Origin: Coleofasciculus sp. B1-GNL1-01
GTDB lineage: Bacteria > Cyanobacteriota > Cyanobacteriia > Cyanobacteriales > Coleofasciculaceae
NCBI GenBank assembly: GCA_040220235.1
Contig: JAVJTO010000020.1
Length of the DNA stretch: 52,173 nt
Reading direction: 5' to 3' (one strand)
Shown: positions 1-11,821 of the stretch, piece by piece
Layout: each line of letters opens with the position of its first letter
How positions within the stretch are numbered: the stretch's first letter is position 1
Translations under genes and position numbers: made by a program
The notes under the pieces: model-generated
What the model was told of the DNA's origin: nothing
Databases searched by the model: none
Seen by the model: the letters and a program-made list of their open reading frames with translations, nothing else

Positions 1-131
1 TAAGTAGTCGGACAAAAGAAAACGGTACTGTGTTAAGTTTTGCAAATTGCCCTCAAACCCTTACTGTTCCCTGTTCCCTGTTCCCTGTTCCCTAATCTCA
101 ACCGTTCACTTTAATTGTGTCCACCTACTTA
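1..131. mobile_element. MITE-like element, TAAGTRGGTGGAC family
   Basis: Imperfect terminal inverted repeats TAAGTAGTCGGACA / TGTCCACCTACTTA, TA at both ends, internal TGTTCCC heptamer run. Related copies occur elsewhere in the window. Confidence 0.75.
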
Positions 132-231
132 TGACTAATAAAGGCTTTCTTGCATTATTTTATATTATAAATAATGGGACTATTATAAACGCCTCTTGGT
201 GTTTAATGCATCATCGGCAACTCCTCACTTG

Positions 232-260
232 GTAAGGGCACGGCAATGCCGTGCCCCTAC
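232..260. repeat. REP-like palindrome
   Basis: GTAAGGGCACGGCA-A-TGCCGTGCCCCTAC. Confidence 0.6.
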
Positions 261-775
261 AGGGATACATTTCTTACAGAGTTAAGCGAGTTTGAGAAGC
301 GTAACGCACCTTAACCAGTATATCTGGTGTGGCTGCGTAAGTCCTGTTATTAATAATTATTCCTTCTTGCTCCCCTCTCCCCTGGTGGGAGAGGGGCTGG
401 GGGTGAGGGGGTTGTGGCTTAAGTTAACACCTTGCGTTGCCTCTACAGGGATACATTTATTACAGAATTGATCAAGTTTGAGGGTAGGATTTGTATCATC
501 ACCGACAAACGCCTTGATCCCATTTCCCTAGACTATTTTGTATCAAGTCAGCTAATCGCAGATGTAGTCGATTGGATACGTGCGATCGCGGCAATAAATT
601 CAAGTCTTTTAACTGAACTCAGACACGATCACACTCACCAAACTTATGGCTAAAATTCGCTGAGTTTTATCCTTGGATATACCCTAATGAATTCCTGGGT
701 TCTCGCGCAATACTGCTTGGATAAGCGGTAATTTTGAATAGTTTACTCTAGCTTGCCTCAACTGAACCGTTATGG

Positions 776-817
776 GGTACTTAGACAAAAAATTGTGCCA
801 GAAACTGTCTAAGTACC
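776..817 (-). terminator. Hairpin downstream of pfkA
   Basis: 12-bp stem GGTACTTAGACA...TGTCTAAGTACC just past the pfkA stop codon. Confidence 0.5.
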
Positions 818-833
818 GCCGTGATGGTGTCAA

Positions 834-1910
834 TTACAAATCTCCAACGTAGGTGTCGAGGGCTTTAGCGGTTTCCACTAGAGGATGATGACTATCCACT
901 AAAATCGGACTGTTGCCAGTCACCTCATCAATGGGAATGTTGACAACCACTCCATTTTGCCAAGCGACCATTTTTTGATAGTCATCCTTGGCAATTAAAT
1001 CGACAGCCGCTTTGCCAAAGGAGGTAGCCAGCAAACGGTCTAATGCAGAGGGCGCACCACCCCGTTGAACGTGACCTAATACCGTCACCCGCGCTTCAAT
1101 TGTATCCCCACTGAAGTGAGAAATCTGATCCGCGACATAATCTCCGATACCCCGCAGCCTGACTTCACCGAGGGCGTCTGTGTAGTAGCGTTCTTGACCC
1201 TCAATGGTTTTCGCCCCCTCAGCCACAACAACGATCGCAAAGCGGCGATTCCAGCGATCGCGCAGGTCGGTGATATGCTTACAAACACCACTAATAGAAT
1301 AGGGAATCTCCGGGATCAGGATTACATCAGCACCGCCAGCAATCCCGGCATTTAGAGCGAGATGTCCGGCTTCGCGCCCCATCACCTCAACCACCATTAC
1401 GCGATCGTGACTGGCGGCTGTATAGGAGAGGCGCGATAGGGCATCAACAATGGTGTTCACCGCCGTATCGAAACCAACGGCTAAATTGGTGAACGCCACA
1501 TCATTATCAATCGTCTTGGGGACGCCCACAATATTCATATTCCCTTTATGGGCAAGCTGATTCATAATCGCCAGACTCCCATCACCCCCGATGACAATTA
1601 AGGCGTCCAGACCTAATTTCTGATAACCAGCAATAATCTGTTCGGCTTGAGCCTCGGTATCCCCTTTATTAACTGAACCGAGGATAGTACCGCCCGTACT
1701 GAGGAGTGGGTCGATCCCCCGACTATCTAGACCATGAACATTCAGTGAGACTGATTTGCCCTCCAATAACCCTTGGGTGGCGTAGGGAATGCCTAAAACT
1801 TCCCAATCATAGCTCAGGGTAGCATGTCTAACGGCAGCGCGAATGACCGCGTTTAATCCGGGACAGTCACCGCCACTGGTGAGTAGACCAATCCGTTTGC
1901 GAGTTTCCAT
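834..1910 (-). CDS. pfkA: ATP-dependent 6-phosphofructokinase
   Basis: Motifs TSGGDCPGLN, GGDGS, PKTIDND, EVMGR, LGHVQRGG. Confidence 0.95.
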   Translation of the reverse strand: METRKRIGLLTSGGDCPGLNAVIRAAVRHATLSYDWEVLGIPYATQGLLEGKSVSLNVHGLDSRGIDPLLSTGGTILGSVNKGDTEAQAEQIIAGYQKLGLDALIVIGGDGSLAIMNQLAHKGNMNIVGVPKTIDNDVAFTNLAVGFDTAVNTIVDALSRLSYTAASHDRVMVVEVMGREAGHLALNAGIAGGADVILIPEIPYSISGVCKHITDLRDRWNRRFAIVVVAEGAKTIEGQERYYTDALGEVRLRGIGDYVADQISHFSGDTIEARVTVLGHVQRGGAPSALDRLLATSFGKAAVDLIAKDDYQKMVAWQNGVVVNIPIDEVTGNSPILVDSHHPLVETAKALDTYVGDL

Positions 1911-2525
1911 AGGTCAATCTCAAGTTGTGTTCTATTGTGGATGTGAATCGTTTGAACGAAGGCTGTTTGATGCATCAAATCCAGATTTACTCCCCAGACA
2001 GTCTGACGACACCCTAGAACCACAACCACAGTTTTACTGTTTGGGATTAGAATCAAGCTGAATTAGGATTGAGTGCAAGTCCGCTTGAGTGGTGCAGTTG
2101 TGGCACTCGTCTTTTGAGAGTCGTTTGCCTCAAAAATGCTTGATCAGTGGTACGTCTAGGGTAGTCAGCGTTAACCCATATTGGCAAACAGGGTTCTAAA
2201 TCCCTTCATGGCAAAAACCTCAACCTTTCCTGTGTTTGTGAACATCTAGTCCAAGATAGCCAATTTTCTGTGAGCTGAGAGTATCAAGCAGCACTGTGAT
2301 TAAGACAATGATGATTAGAAAGCCCTGCTTCAATCCAAAACATGGCTCAACCAGGTCTTAGAGGAATTTCCTTTGTCATTAGATTAGAACCGCTTTCTTG
2401 ACAAATGCACTTTATTGTGCATACATAAATACTCAAACTTTCTTCAAGAGATTTATGACTTGACAAAATTATCGGGCTTGTGTATTTTCTAGAGATTGAA
2501 AGAAAAACAAAAAGCAAAGACGTTA

Positions 2526-3071
2526 ATGGCTTTCAGTACAACGACTAAGTGGAGAATAGTGATAGCCACAGGAATGGCTATTCTTACCTCCTCCATTAAT
2601 TTAGGTGAAGCAAAGGCTCAATCCATCCCTAATCCCCAAACTGTTTTGCTCGCCCAAACCTTTGGCGGAATTGAACGACAAATAGCCCTTGAGGACGTAC
2701 CCCTTCCAGTTATGGCGGCTGCGCGAACGGTAACGGGTGGTGAACCCACAGCGGCAAATATTGAAATGAAGCCGGATGGGTCTATTGTTTATGAATTAAG
2801 AGGTCAAAACCAGCAAGGCTTTGAATTCGTTGCTGATGTGACTCCCAATGGACAAATTATTGAGGTAGACGAAGAAATTGAGCGGAGTGCGGTTCCCGAA
2901 GATGTGATCAAAGCACTCAAACGGTGGGAACCCAACGCCTCCATAGTCAGTACGTGGCGCAGTACCCGTCTAGGACAATTTGTCTATGAAATTGTGCTTG
3001 ATAATGATTTCTGGTTTGAAATTCCGGCGGATACGCAGCAAATCACTATTCATAGAGTACAGCGTTCATAA
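2526..3071 (+). CDS. Secreted PepSY-like domain protein
   Basis: Signal peptide ending AKA; two repeats of the xVPxxV...YE pattern. ATG 2526 preferred over TTG 2496. Confidence 0.6.
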   Translation: MAFSTTTKWRIVIATGMAILTSSINLGEAKAQSIPNPQTVLLAQTFGGIERQIALEDVPLPVMAAARTVTGGEPTAANIEMKPDGSIVYELRGQNQQGFEFVADVTPNGQIIEVDEEIERSAVPEDVIKALKRWEPNASIVSTWRSTRLGQFVYEIVLDNDFWFEIPADTQQITIHRVQRS

Positions 3072-3205
3072 GTCGGCGGGAAACATTAACGTTAAAGGCT
3101 GGGGAGTGTCATTTATTCTTTCTCCTTTGTCCTGGGTAAGGATTTGAGGAGTATTGACTTTCCCCTACTTCGGTGAAAAATTGTTGCTCACGACACCAGA
3201 GACCT

Positions 3206-4225
3206 ATGAAGACATTTACATTTGCGAATTGGTCGAAATTTATAGCTGTGACATTAACCGCAACGACTATTCCTTTGACGATAAGTGCTGTTTCTGCTCA
3301 AGTTCTTAAAGGGTTTGGCGCTTCGTTTCCTGAACCCCTTTACCAACGCTATAGCACTGAATACGAAAAGGAAACTGGCAAAACGTTTGAATACACAGCC
3401 ATTGGCAGTGGCGGTGGGATTCGCAAATTTATGGAGCGAGCCGTAGACTTTGGGGCAACCACATTAATTCCCACTCCGATTGAGGAAAATCAAGTGGAAG
3501 ATGGATTGCTGATGGTACCGACTGGGGGAGGGGCGGTTGCTATTGTTTATAATCTTAAAGATGTCCCCACGAATATTAAACTCTCTCGCGAACAACTTGC
3601 CAAGATTTTCACGGGTCAAATTGGTAATTGGAAACAGGTGAATCCCCGCTTTCCGAATAAAGAAATTCAAGTTATCGTGCGCTCAGACAGTAGCGGTGCT
3701 ACCTTTGTTTTGACGAAATACTTGAATAAAATTAGTGGGGGAAAGATAGAAGCCAGCCGAGAACCCGATTGGGGATTTGATATTTTCGCGGCGCGTCCCC
3801 AAGATAGTGGTGTGGCGGCAGAAGTGCGGCGCATTGATGGGGCAATTGGGTATGTTCAATCGGGTGTTGCCCAGAGAAATAATCTGCCTGTGGCTCGGTT
3901 GGAAAACCAAGCGGGTCGTTATGTTAAACCGACGTTAGCAGAAACCAAGAAAGCTCTGGCAAATGTCACGTTTAACCAGGATTTTACTACGGACAATATT
4001 AATGATCCAGAGGAGGGTTATCCTTTAGTCAGTTTAACCTGGCTACTTATCTATAAAAGATATCCAAATCAAACCCTTGTCCAAGACACTCAAGACGTGT
4101 TGAGATGGATCATGACGCGGGGACAAGAGTTGAATCAAGAGCTAGAATACACCAGAATTCCAGAAGATGTCGCCCAAAAGGTGATCGAAAGAGTGAATAC
4201 AGAATTGAAGGTTCGCCCCTATTAA
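3206..4225 (+). CDS. pstS: PstS-family periplasmic binding protein with atypical binding site
   Basis: GASFP, IGSGGG, VDFGA, RSDSSG, GAIGYV and GYPLVSLTW motifs plus a signal peptide. Confidence 0.85.
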   Translation: MKTFTFANWSKFIAVTLTATTIPLTISAVSAQVLKGFGASFPEPLYQRYSTEYEKETGKTFEYTAIGSGGGIRKFMERAVDFGATTLIPTPIEENQVEDGLLMVPTGGGAVAIVYNLKDVPTNIKLSREQLAKIFTGQIGNWKQVNPRFPNKEIQVIVRSDSSGATFVLTKYLNKISGGKIEASREPDWGFDIFAARPQDSGVAAEVRRIDGAIGYVQSGVAQRNNLPVARLENQAGRYVKPTLAETKKALANVTFNQDFTTDNINDPEEGYPLVSLTWLLIYKRYPNQTLVQDTQDVLRWIMTRGQELNQELEYTRIPEDVAQKVIERVNTELKVRPY

Positions 4226-4439
4226 AAACCTGACTTTTCAGCAGAATAAATTAGGGAAATGGAGAAGGTAGGGGCGGGTTTTACTACTATCTTTTCGGTT
4301 GCACCCAGATGGAATTAAACCCGCCCGACACAGGCGCCAAGTTCCCTCGATAAGCGCCAAGTGTCTGGCATTATAGGCAGTGAGTGAAACGTCAGATGAA
4401 AAACTCGGGTTGGGGATGAGGAGGACTAAAGGAAAAATC

Positions 4440-6086
4440 ATGAACAAACAGAGTGCGCTATTGCCAGTAACATCAGCAATACTGGGTTATCATCTCCTAA
4501 TTGTATCCCCAGTTTCAGCACAAGCTGATCCGATTAATCTGCCATTTCCTGATCCGCCGACAGCCTCAACACTTGGGTTGCCCATTGAAGACGATCGCCA
4601 ACCGGATTCTTCCCTGGCTCAAATTACCCCAGTGAGTGAGTTGCGGGATGTGAGTCCGAGAGATTGGGCGTATGAGGCATTGCGGAGTTTGGTGGAAAAA
4701 TACCGTTGTTTAAGGGGTTCAACTGACCAAACCTTTGAGGGCAATCGGGCGTTAACCCGTTATGAATTTGCGGCGACACTGAACCTTTGTTTGAGTCGGA
4801 TTGAAGGGTTAATTAATGACGCCAAAACCAGTGGAATTACTGAAGACGATTTAGCCACGGTGCAACGGTTACAAGCCGACTTTGCCACAGAATTAGAGAC
4901 AGTGATTACAGAAGTAGATACTCTAGATGCAGCCGTTATGCGTCTGGAGGATCAGACATTCAGTACGACAACAATTTTACGCGGCAGTGTAAATTTTAAT
5001 ATAGCCGGAGCGTTTGGCGATCGCCAGGCGGTTCCTAGGGGCGAAAAACCCTCAGCAGACTTGGATGAAACGCTCACCCTCTCATCCCGTGTTAGCCTTA
5101 GCTTCGATACCAGCTTTACGGGTAGAGATCGATTGCGAACCCGGATACAAGCTGGGAATGTGAATAATTTTGGCAGTAGCGTGACGGGAACCGATATGAC
5201 TCGTCTGATTGGTGCGACAAATACGGGCAATGATGTGAGCATTGGTACCCTATTTTACGAATTCCCCCTCGGCGATCGCGGCATCGTGGCGATCGCGCCA
5301 GCGGCTGATTTTCCGACTCGGATTTTTCCGGCGCTGAATCCGGTTTCCTCTATTTCTAATTTTGGTGCGGAAAGCCCGATTTACTCCTTTGCCTTTGGTG
5401 CAGGAACCGTCGCCTACTACCAATTTACCGATGAACTTGCTGCTGGGGTGAGCTATTTAACCACGTCGGGTAGCAATCCAGATGAGGGACTTTTCAATGG
5501 TCAATATACGGCTTTAGGTCAGGTAACGTTTACCCCATCAGACGAGTTAAGCATGGCGTTAACCTATGGTCGATATTATGCCCCTGAACCCGGTTCAACG
5601 GTTAATATAACCGCGTCGAAGGGCAGTGAATTGGCTCAGTTACCTTTTGGTGAAAGTACCGCTACTTCCTCCAACGCTTTGGGCTTACAATCGACCTATA
5701 AGTTAAACGATCAGATGATTCTAGGTGGTTGGCTGAGCTACTTTCAGGCAAATGCGGAAGGTTCACCGACTGTGAGTGGTTTGAGTGGTTCATCCGGCGT
5801 CGATGCAGAGATCTGGAGTTGGGCAATTACACTGGCTGTGCTGGATGTGGGGAAATTAGGTAGTCAATTAAATTTTGTGGTGGGGATGCCGCCGAAAGTG
5901 ACCGATAATGATATTGTTGAGCGAGAAGATGAGGATACCTCGTTGCATTTTGAATTATCCTATACTTATCCTCTAAGTGATCGAATTTCGATAACTCCCG
6001 GCTTGGTGATGATTACCAATCCTGAACATAATGCAAATAATGATACCCTTTGGGTGGGATTGATGCGAACCAGTTTTAGTTTTTAG
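4440..6086 (+). CDS. Cyanobacterial SLH-domain outer-membrane porin (OprB/Som type)
   Basis: DVSPRDWAYEALRSLVEKY SLH motif, coiled coil, FSTTT, TSFTGRDRLRTR, C-terminal RTSFSF. Confidence 0.9.
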   Translation: MNKQSALLPVTSAILGYHLLIVSPVSAQADPINLPFPDPPTASTLGLPIEDDRQPDSSLAQITPVSELRDVSPRDWAYEALRSLVEKYRCLRGSTDQTFEGNRALTRYEFAATLNLCLSRIEGLINDAKTSGITEDDLATVQRLQADFATELETVITEVDTLDAAVMRLEDQTFSTTTILRGSVNFNIAGAFGDRQAVPRGEKPSADLDETLTLSSRVSLSFDTSFTGRDRLRTRIQAGNVNNFGSSVTGTDMTRLIGATNTGNDVSIGTLFYEFPLGDRGIVAIAPAADFPTRIFPALNPVSSISNFGAESPIYSFAFGAGTVAYYQFTDELAAGVSYLTTSGSNPDEGLFNGQYTALGQVTFTPSDELSMALTYGRYYAPEPGSTVNITASKGSELAQLPFGESTATSSNALGLQSTYKLNDQMILGGWLSYFQANAEGSPTVSGLSGSSGVDAEIWSWAITLAVLDVGKLGSQLNFVVGMPPKVTDNDIVEREDEDTSLHFELSYTYPLSDRISITPGLVMITNPEHNANNDTLWVGLMRTSFSF

Positions 6087-6132
6087 GTTGACGGGGTGAT
6101 ATTTAGTCCAGAATTGTTAAGACTAGCAGTAG

Positions 6133-6906
6133 ATGAATGAGCTACGCGGCAAACAGGCATTTATCTGTGATATGGATGGCGTGATTTATCACGGCAACCG
6201 CTTACTACCAGGAGTAGAGGAATTTGTGGACTGGTTGAAAGCGTCGGACAAGAAATTTCTGTTTCTCACCAATAGTAGCGAGCGATCGCCTCGGGAGTTG
6301 CGGGAGAAGCTGAAACGACTCGGTGTCGAAGTCCCAGAGGAGAATTTCTACACCAGCGCCTTAGCAACGGCGGCATTTTTGGCTCAACAATGTCCCGGTG
6401 GAAGTGCCTTTGTGATTGGGGAAGCGGGGTTGACAAATGCGCTGTATGATGCTGGCTTTTCCATGAATGATACCAACCCCGATTATGTAGTAGTCGGCGA
6501 GACACGCAGTTATAGCTTTGAGAAATTAGAACAGGCGGCGCGGTTAGTGATGAAAGGGGCAAAACTCATTGGTACCAATTCTGACTTAACTGGACCGAGT
6601 GAGAAAGGAATTGTCCCTGCGACAGGGGCGTTAATTTCCCCTTTGGAATTATCGACGAGGGCAAAAGCTTACTTTGTCGGCAAACCAAATCCCTTGATGA
6701 TGCGTCACGCCCTGAAAAAGTTAGGCTGTCGTCGCGAAGATACAGCCATCATTGGCGATCGCATGGATACTGACATTATTGCCGGAATTGAGTCAGAAAT
6801 TGAGACGGCGTTAGTATTGTCTGGAGTCACCCGCCATGAGGATTTAATCCATTTCGCCTATCGTCCCCATTATGTTTTGGCGGGAGTAGGAGATTTAGTC
6901 CCTTGA
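6133..6906 (+). CDS. HAD-IIA (NagD-like) phosphatase
   Basis: DMDGV, LTN, GKP and IGDRMDTDI motifs. Confidence 0.9.
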   Translation: MNELRGKQAFICDMDGVIYHGNRLLPGVEEFVDWLKASDKKFLFLTNSSERSPRELREKLKRLGVEVPEENFYTSALATAAFLAQQCPGGSAFVIGEAGLTNALYDAGFSMNDTNPDYVVVGETRSYSFEKLEQAARLVMKGAKLIGTNSDLTGPSEKGIVPATGALISPLELSTRAKAYFVGKPNPLMMRHALKKLGCRREDTAIIGDRMDTDIIAGIESEIETALVLSGVTRHEDLIHFAYRPHYVLAGVGDLVP

Positions 6907-7056
6907 TTAGCTATATCGCAAGTGATCAACCGGACACGATATAATGCCCAATCAGGGTTAACTATCCCCGTTATAATCCAGTCCGCGCAGGCGGACTACC
7001 CTTCGGGAAGGCTTCGCATACATTTGTGTAGCAGCGATTTCAATCGCTTACTGCAT

Positions 7057-8175
7057 TCAGGTTGAACTTAATCCCATCACATCAGCGACAGCAGTTGTCG
7101 TTGGCTCAATTCCTCGCTGTAATTGGTTGTTGCAATGTTTAATCGCCGTATCCGGATCTTTTAGCCCATTCCCGGTTAGCACACAAACCACCGTTGCTCC
7201 CGTGGGAACTTGATCTTTCACTTTCAATAACCCCGCCACCGATGCAGCGCTAGCGGGTTCACAAAATATTCCTTCTTTTGATGCTAAGAGGCGATAGGCT
7301 GCCAGAATTTCCTCATCAGTAACGCTATTAAACTGTCCCTGACTGGCATCTTTTACCGCAACAGCTTTCTCCCAACTGGCTGGATTACCAATCCGAATCG
7401 CGGTGGCGATTGTTTCCGGATGCGCCACGGGTTCACCCAGAATCAACGGTGACGCGCCAGCCGCTTGGAATCCCATCATCCGAGGTAAGCGATCGCACTT
7501 CCCATGTTGATGATACTGGCAAAAGCCCATCCAGTACGCGGTAATATTTCCGGCATTTCCCACCGGAATACACAACCAATCAGGAGCATTCCCTAAATTA
7601 TCAACAATTTCAAACGCGCCCGTTTTTTGACCTTCCAATCGATAGGGATTGACCGAATTCACCAACGTTACCGGATAATTTGCCGCTAACTCCTGGACAA
7701 TTCGCAAGCAGTCGTCAAAATTTCCCTCAATTGCCAATACCTGCGCCCCATACACCAAGGCTTGCGCCAATTTCCCCAAGGCGACATACCCATCCGGAAT
7801 TAACACAAACGCTTGCATATTACCCCGAGTCGCATAAGCCGCAGCCGAGGCAGAGGTATTCCCAGTACTGGCACAAATAACCGCCTTTGCCCCGGCTTCC
7901 TTTGCCTTAGAAATCGCCATGGTCATACCCCGGTCTTTAAAGCTACCTGTAGGATTAAGACCATCATATTTAACCAATACCTTGACTCCTTTGCCTACCG
8001 CTTCTGAAAGGGCAGGGGTGGGGATTAGAGGCGTATTTCCCTCCAAGAGAGTCACTACGGGAGTTGAGGCGGTGACGGGTAAATAAGACCGATACGTCTC
8101 AATTAGACCCGACCATTGACTAGGTTTAGTAAAAGTATCTGTAGTTTGAGGGGTATTGGTAGCAGACAGAGTCAT
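7057..8175 (-). CDS. thrC: Threonine synthase
   Basis: [13 protein letters not shown] lysine motif, [23 protein letters not shown]. Confidence 0.95.
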   Translation of the reverse strand: MTLSATNTPQTTDTFTKPSQWSGLIETYRSYLPVTASTPVVTLLEGNTPLIPTPALSEAVGKGVKVLVKYDGLNPTGSFKDRGMTMAISKAKEAGAKAVICASTGNTSASAAAYATRGNMQAFVLIPDGYVALGKLAQALVYGAQVLAIEGNFDDCLRIVQELAANYPVTLVNSVNPYRLEGQKTGAFEIVDNLGNAPDWLCIPVGNAGNITAYWMGFCQYHQHGKCDRLPRMMGFQAAGASPLILGEPVAHPETIATAIRIGNPASWEKAVAVKDASQGQFNSVTDEEILAAYRLLASKEGIFCEPASAASVAGLLKVKDQVPTGATVVCVLTGNGLKDPDTAIKHCNNQLQRGIEPTTTAVADVMGLSST

Positions 8176-8396
8176 GGGTAATTTTTTACTTGATGTTGGT
8201 CATATAATACAAATGACCCGAAAAAACGTTTGAGTGACCAGACATGCCATAGCACATCTGTAGGGGCGGGTTTCACCATTATCGCTGCTTGCCACCCAGA
8301 TGTCACTAAACCCGCCCTAACTAAGTGCAAGAACTCTTCGACATAAGACGTAGCTTGCTTCTCGCGAAGCGAGTATGACATAAGACAAATGACAAA

Positions 8397-8427
8397 TTCA
8401 TCCCACGCCTATTGGTCATGGGATGAA
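8397..8427 (-). terminator. Hairpin downstream of crhR
   Basis: TTCATCCCA...TGGGATGAA stem about 10 nt past the stop codon. Confidence 0.5.
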
Positions 8428-8436
8428 CTCAATCAA

Positions 8437-9831
8437 TTACCGAGAACGGTTATGAGTGACCGATTCTTTGGATTTGTTATTCCGACGCTTCACCAGTTTC
8501 GGACGTTCTACTTTATGTTCAATCTCGATGGCGGCTAACTCCGGTTGCGTGTGATCGTAGACCATTTGCAAAGCGGCGGCAGCGATCGCGTGAGGGTCGT
8601 ATTCTTCACTCAACTCCCGCACAATCGGCAGGAATGATGCCATACGTTCTCCGGTGAGTGCCTCGCGTAACTCATCTTGCAATTTCTCCAAGCGCCGCGC
8701 TTCGATCTGCGATCGCGTGGGAATCCGAGACACTTGTAAGTTCTGCCGGACTTTCCGTTCAATCTGGTGCAGTTTGCGCCGTTCAAAGGGTTGAATCAAG
8801 GAAATCGCGGTTCCGGTTTTCCCAGCACGTCCGGTACGACCAATCCGGTGAATATAACTTTCCACCTGATCTGGCAGGTCATAATTAATCACATGAGTGA
8901 GGTGGTCTACATCCAGACCGCGTGCGGCAATATCCGTCGCCACCACCCAGCGCACCTGACTCTGGCGGAATCGGGACAACAAACGCTCCCGTTGGCTTTG
9001 GCTGAGGTCGCCGTGATACTCATCCACACTATGACCAGCCGCTTGTAACTGGCTAGTGAGTTCCGCTGCTGACCGCCGCGTCCGCACAAAAATTAATGCT
9101 GCTTCCGGGTCTTCCAGTGCCAAAATCGGCTGTAGGGCTTTGGACTTTGAACAGCCCCGGGGGATCATATAAACCCGTTGCTCAATCCGTGCTGGGGTGG
9201 CTTTGGGTAGTTCTACAGTTACCGTCACCGGGGATTTGAGGAACTGATTGACTAAATCCCGAATCGCCTTCGGCATTGTTGCCGAAAAACAGGCAGTCTG
9301 GCGTTCTTTGGGGGCTTGCTTGAGGATTTTCTTGACATCATCGATAAAGCCCATGCTCAACATTTCATCGGCTTCATCTAAGACCACCCATTTGACTTGA
9401 TCTAATTTCAGATCTCCTCGATCCAGCAAATCAATCACTCGCCCTGGCGTCCCGACAACCATTTGAGCATTACGTTGTAACAGACGAATTTGGCGATCAA
9501 TGGATTGTCCTCCGTAGACGGTGACTATACCGACACGGCGCTTGCTGGTCAAGTCCCGAATGGCATCTGCCACTTGTCGGGCTAATTCTCGTGTTGGGGC
9601 AAGAATTAAGGCTTGTACGCCTCGGGCATTAGGATCAAGCTGTTCCAAAATCGGCAAAGAAAAGGCAGCGGTTTTCCCTGTACCGGTTTGAGATTGAGCG
9701 ACCACATCTCGCCCTGCCAACAGTTCCGGAATGGCTTGAGATTGAATTTCCGTTGGTGTATCAAAACCTAATTTTTCCAGTTGATGGAGGCACTCTTCAG
9801 ATAAGCCCAGATTATTGAATGAAAGGGTCAT
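8437..9831 (-). CDS. crhR: DEAD-box RNA helicase (CrhR type)
   Basis: Q motif, GTGKT, PTRELA, DEAD, SAT and HRIGRTGR; lies downstream of rimO as in the known cyanobacterial rimO-crhR operon. Confidence 0.9.
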   Translation of the reverse strand: MTLSFNNLGLSEECLHQLEKLGFDTPTEIQSQAIPELLAGRDVVAQSQTGTGKTAAFSLPILEQLDPNARGVQALILAPTRELARQVADAIRDLTSKRRVGIVTVYGGQSIDRQIRLLQRNAQMVVGTPGRVIDLLDRGDLKLDQVKWVVLDEADEMLSMGFIDDVKKILKQAPKERQTACFSATMPKAIRDLVNQFLKSPVTVTVELPKATPARIEQRVYMIPRGCSKSKALQPILALEDPEAALIFVRTRRSAAELTSQLQAAGHSVDEYHGDLSQSQRERLLSRFRQSQVRWVVATDIAARGLDVDHLTHVINYDLPDQVESYIHRIGRTGRAGKTGTAISLIQPFERRKLHQIERKVRQNLQVSRIPTRSQIEARRLEKLQDELREALTGERMASFLPIVRELSEEYDPHAIAAAALQMVYDHTQPELAAIEIEHKVERPKLVKRRNNKSKESVTHNRSR

Positions 9832-9946
9832 AATTTAACGGTTGTTGTGAGTTTTTCGTGATGGTTAAGGTCAGTCGTCAGTGATCAAGAATCTGGGTTA
9901 AGCCGTTGGCAATCGCCAACATTCCCTTACCCTGAATCGACTCTAG

Positions 9947-11284
9947 TTAACCGACAACTAACAGTGGACTAGGGACTACAGAACCATAGAGGTCATAGAT
10001 GCCAGCATCGGTGATTTCTACTTCCACGATGGTCCCCAAGGGGGCTTCGCCTTGGACGTAGACTAATCCATCGACCTCGGGGGCAAATCGAGCTGAGCGA
10101 CCGATCTGTTTTCCGGTTGAGGGGTTCTCTTGCTCAATCAGAACCTCAACGATCTTGCCCACTTCACCTTGGTTTTTCTTCAACGTAATCGGCTGTTGAA
10201 CTGCCATCAGCGTCTGGCGACGCTCCTCCATGACGGCTTGGGGGACTGGATTGGGCAAGTTGTAGGCTGGTGTACCCTCTTCGGGAGAAAAAGTAAAGAC
10301 ACCAACGTGGTCAAACTCGTGATGCTGGACAAATTGCAGCAAATGGTTAAAGTGCTGCTCTGTCTCGCCAGGAAACCCGACGATAAAGGTAGTCCTCAGC
10401 ACCGCATTTGGCAAGGCGGCTTTAATCTGATCAATAATCTGATCATTCACTCGCCCCTGCCAAGGACGGTTCATTGCACGCAGGACTTCTGGATGGGAAT
10501 GCTGTAGGGGTAAATCCAAGTAAGGCAGAACATTAGGCGTTTCCTGAATTGCTGCTATCACTGGCTCGGTTAAACCCGTCGGATAGGCATAGTGCATCCG
10601 AATCCAGGGGATATCCACCTTACCTAATGCTCGCAAGAGTTCAGCTAACTTGGGTTCTCCATACAGATCGACGCCATAGTTGGTTGTGATTTGAGAAATG
10701 AGGATTAATTCTTGCACGCCTTGGGACGCCAATTGTTCAGCTTCCGCCACAATTGATTCAATCGTGCGCGATCGCTGGTTTCCCCTCAGATACGGAATGA
10801 TGCAGAAGGCGCACCGATAGTTACATCCTTCTGCTACGCGCAGGTAAGCGACTCCTTCTGAGGTTGTGCGATAGCGCGGCGTTGTTTCATCCGCAATATA
10901 GCTGGGTTCGGCTGAAACGGCTTTGACCCGTTCTCCTGCTTCTACCCGTTCTATCACTTCGACGATGTTCTGATAATCGCCCGTTCCGACTACAGCTACA
11001 GCTTCTGGCAATTCTGCCAACAATTTCTCTTGGAAATGTTGTGCCATGCAGCCAGCAATAACAATTTTCTTATTGGCTTCTGCTAGCTCGACTAACGTGC
11101 GAACCGATTCTGCCCGCGCTGCCTCTATGAAGCTACAGGTATTTACAATAACATATTCGGCTAAATCTTCGTTGCTATCGACTGGGTAGCCCGCTTGAAC
11201 CAGCAGACCCAGGATATGCTCCGTATCAATACGATTTTTTTCACAGCCTAAATGAGAAATGGCAATGGTTGGCTTGTTGCCCAT
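9947..11284 (-). CDS. rimO: Ribosomal protein S12 methylthiotransferase
   Basis: LGCEKN, NTCSFI, radical-SAM CxxxCxxC (CNYRCAFC), C-terminal TRAM domain with APEVDG. Confidence 0.95.
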   Translation of the reverse strand: MGNKPTIAISHLGCEKNRIDTEHILGLLVQAGYPVDSNEDLAEYVIVNTCSFIEAARAESVRTLVELAEANKKIVIAGCMAQHFQEKLLAELPEAVAVVGTGDYQNIVEVIERVEAGERVKAVSAEPSYIADETTPRYRTTSEGVAYLRVAEGCNYRCAFCIIPYLRGNQRSRTIESIVAEAEQLASQGVQELILISQITTNYGVDLYGEPKLAELLRALGKVDIPWIRMHYAYPTGLTEPVIAAIQETPNVLPYLDLPLQHSHPEVLRAMNRPWQGRVNDQIIDQIKAALPNAVLRTTFIVGFPGETEQHFNHLLQFVQHHEFDHVGVFTFSPEEGTPAYNLPNPVPQAVMEERRQTLMAVQQPITLKKNQGEVGKIVEVLIEQENPSTGKQIGRSARFAPEVDGLVYVQGEAPLGTIVEVEITDAGIYDLYGSVVPSPLLVVG

Positions 11285-11821
11285 GCGGTTATCTACTACA
11301 ATCGGCACTAGAGTGGAGTAGCGCTTGATTTCCAGCGCTCCTAATCAGTAAGCATGAGTCGTGAGCAGTTCCCTGTAACCCTTGTGGAGAGAACCTCTCC
11401 TGAGTTCAGGCTGATTCAATCCTGATCACTTTATTTTTTCCCAGCTTTACTTGATTCATAGGGGCATAGTCTTAGAGTTTACCCACGCTCCACCAGTCCG
11501 GATGTTCTTTGGTTGCTCTAGTTTAACCCCGTTACTTATTTATATAAAATTTTATTAATATATGCAATACACTCGGTAACTTAATCTAACTTGACGCTTG
11601 ACTGGGGGAAGGGCGACTATTAGCGAGCGTCTGCTGACGTTACCCTACTGAGCGGTTGGTGCTTAAGAATTAGGCGATGGTTAGGATTCTGAGAGATTTA
11701 TGCTGTCATTTACCATGGTATATTTCATTTGTCAATCCATCGAATTAGTTAGATAGAGAATCTCTGTGGTTGTCAAACCTGAGTATATTCAAATTCTTGT
11801 GAACGGTTTTCAGGTAGATAC

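Noticed and set aside
47..653. ORFs 47..235 and 432..653
   Set aside because: The first translates MITE and TGTTCCC repeat sequence. Neither has an ATG start or a recognisable motif.
2400..3205. Pho boxes upstream of the pstS-like gene
   Set aside because: I found no 11-bp-periodic YTTAAYYW repeats, only an isolated ATTAACGT.
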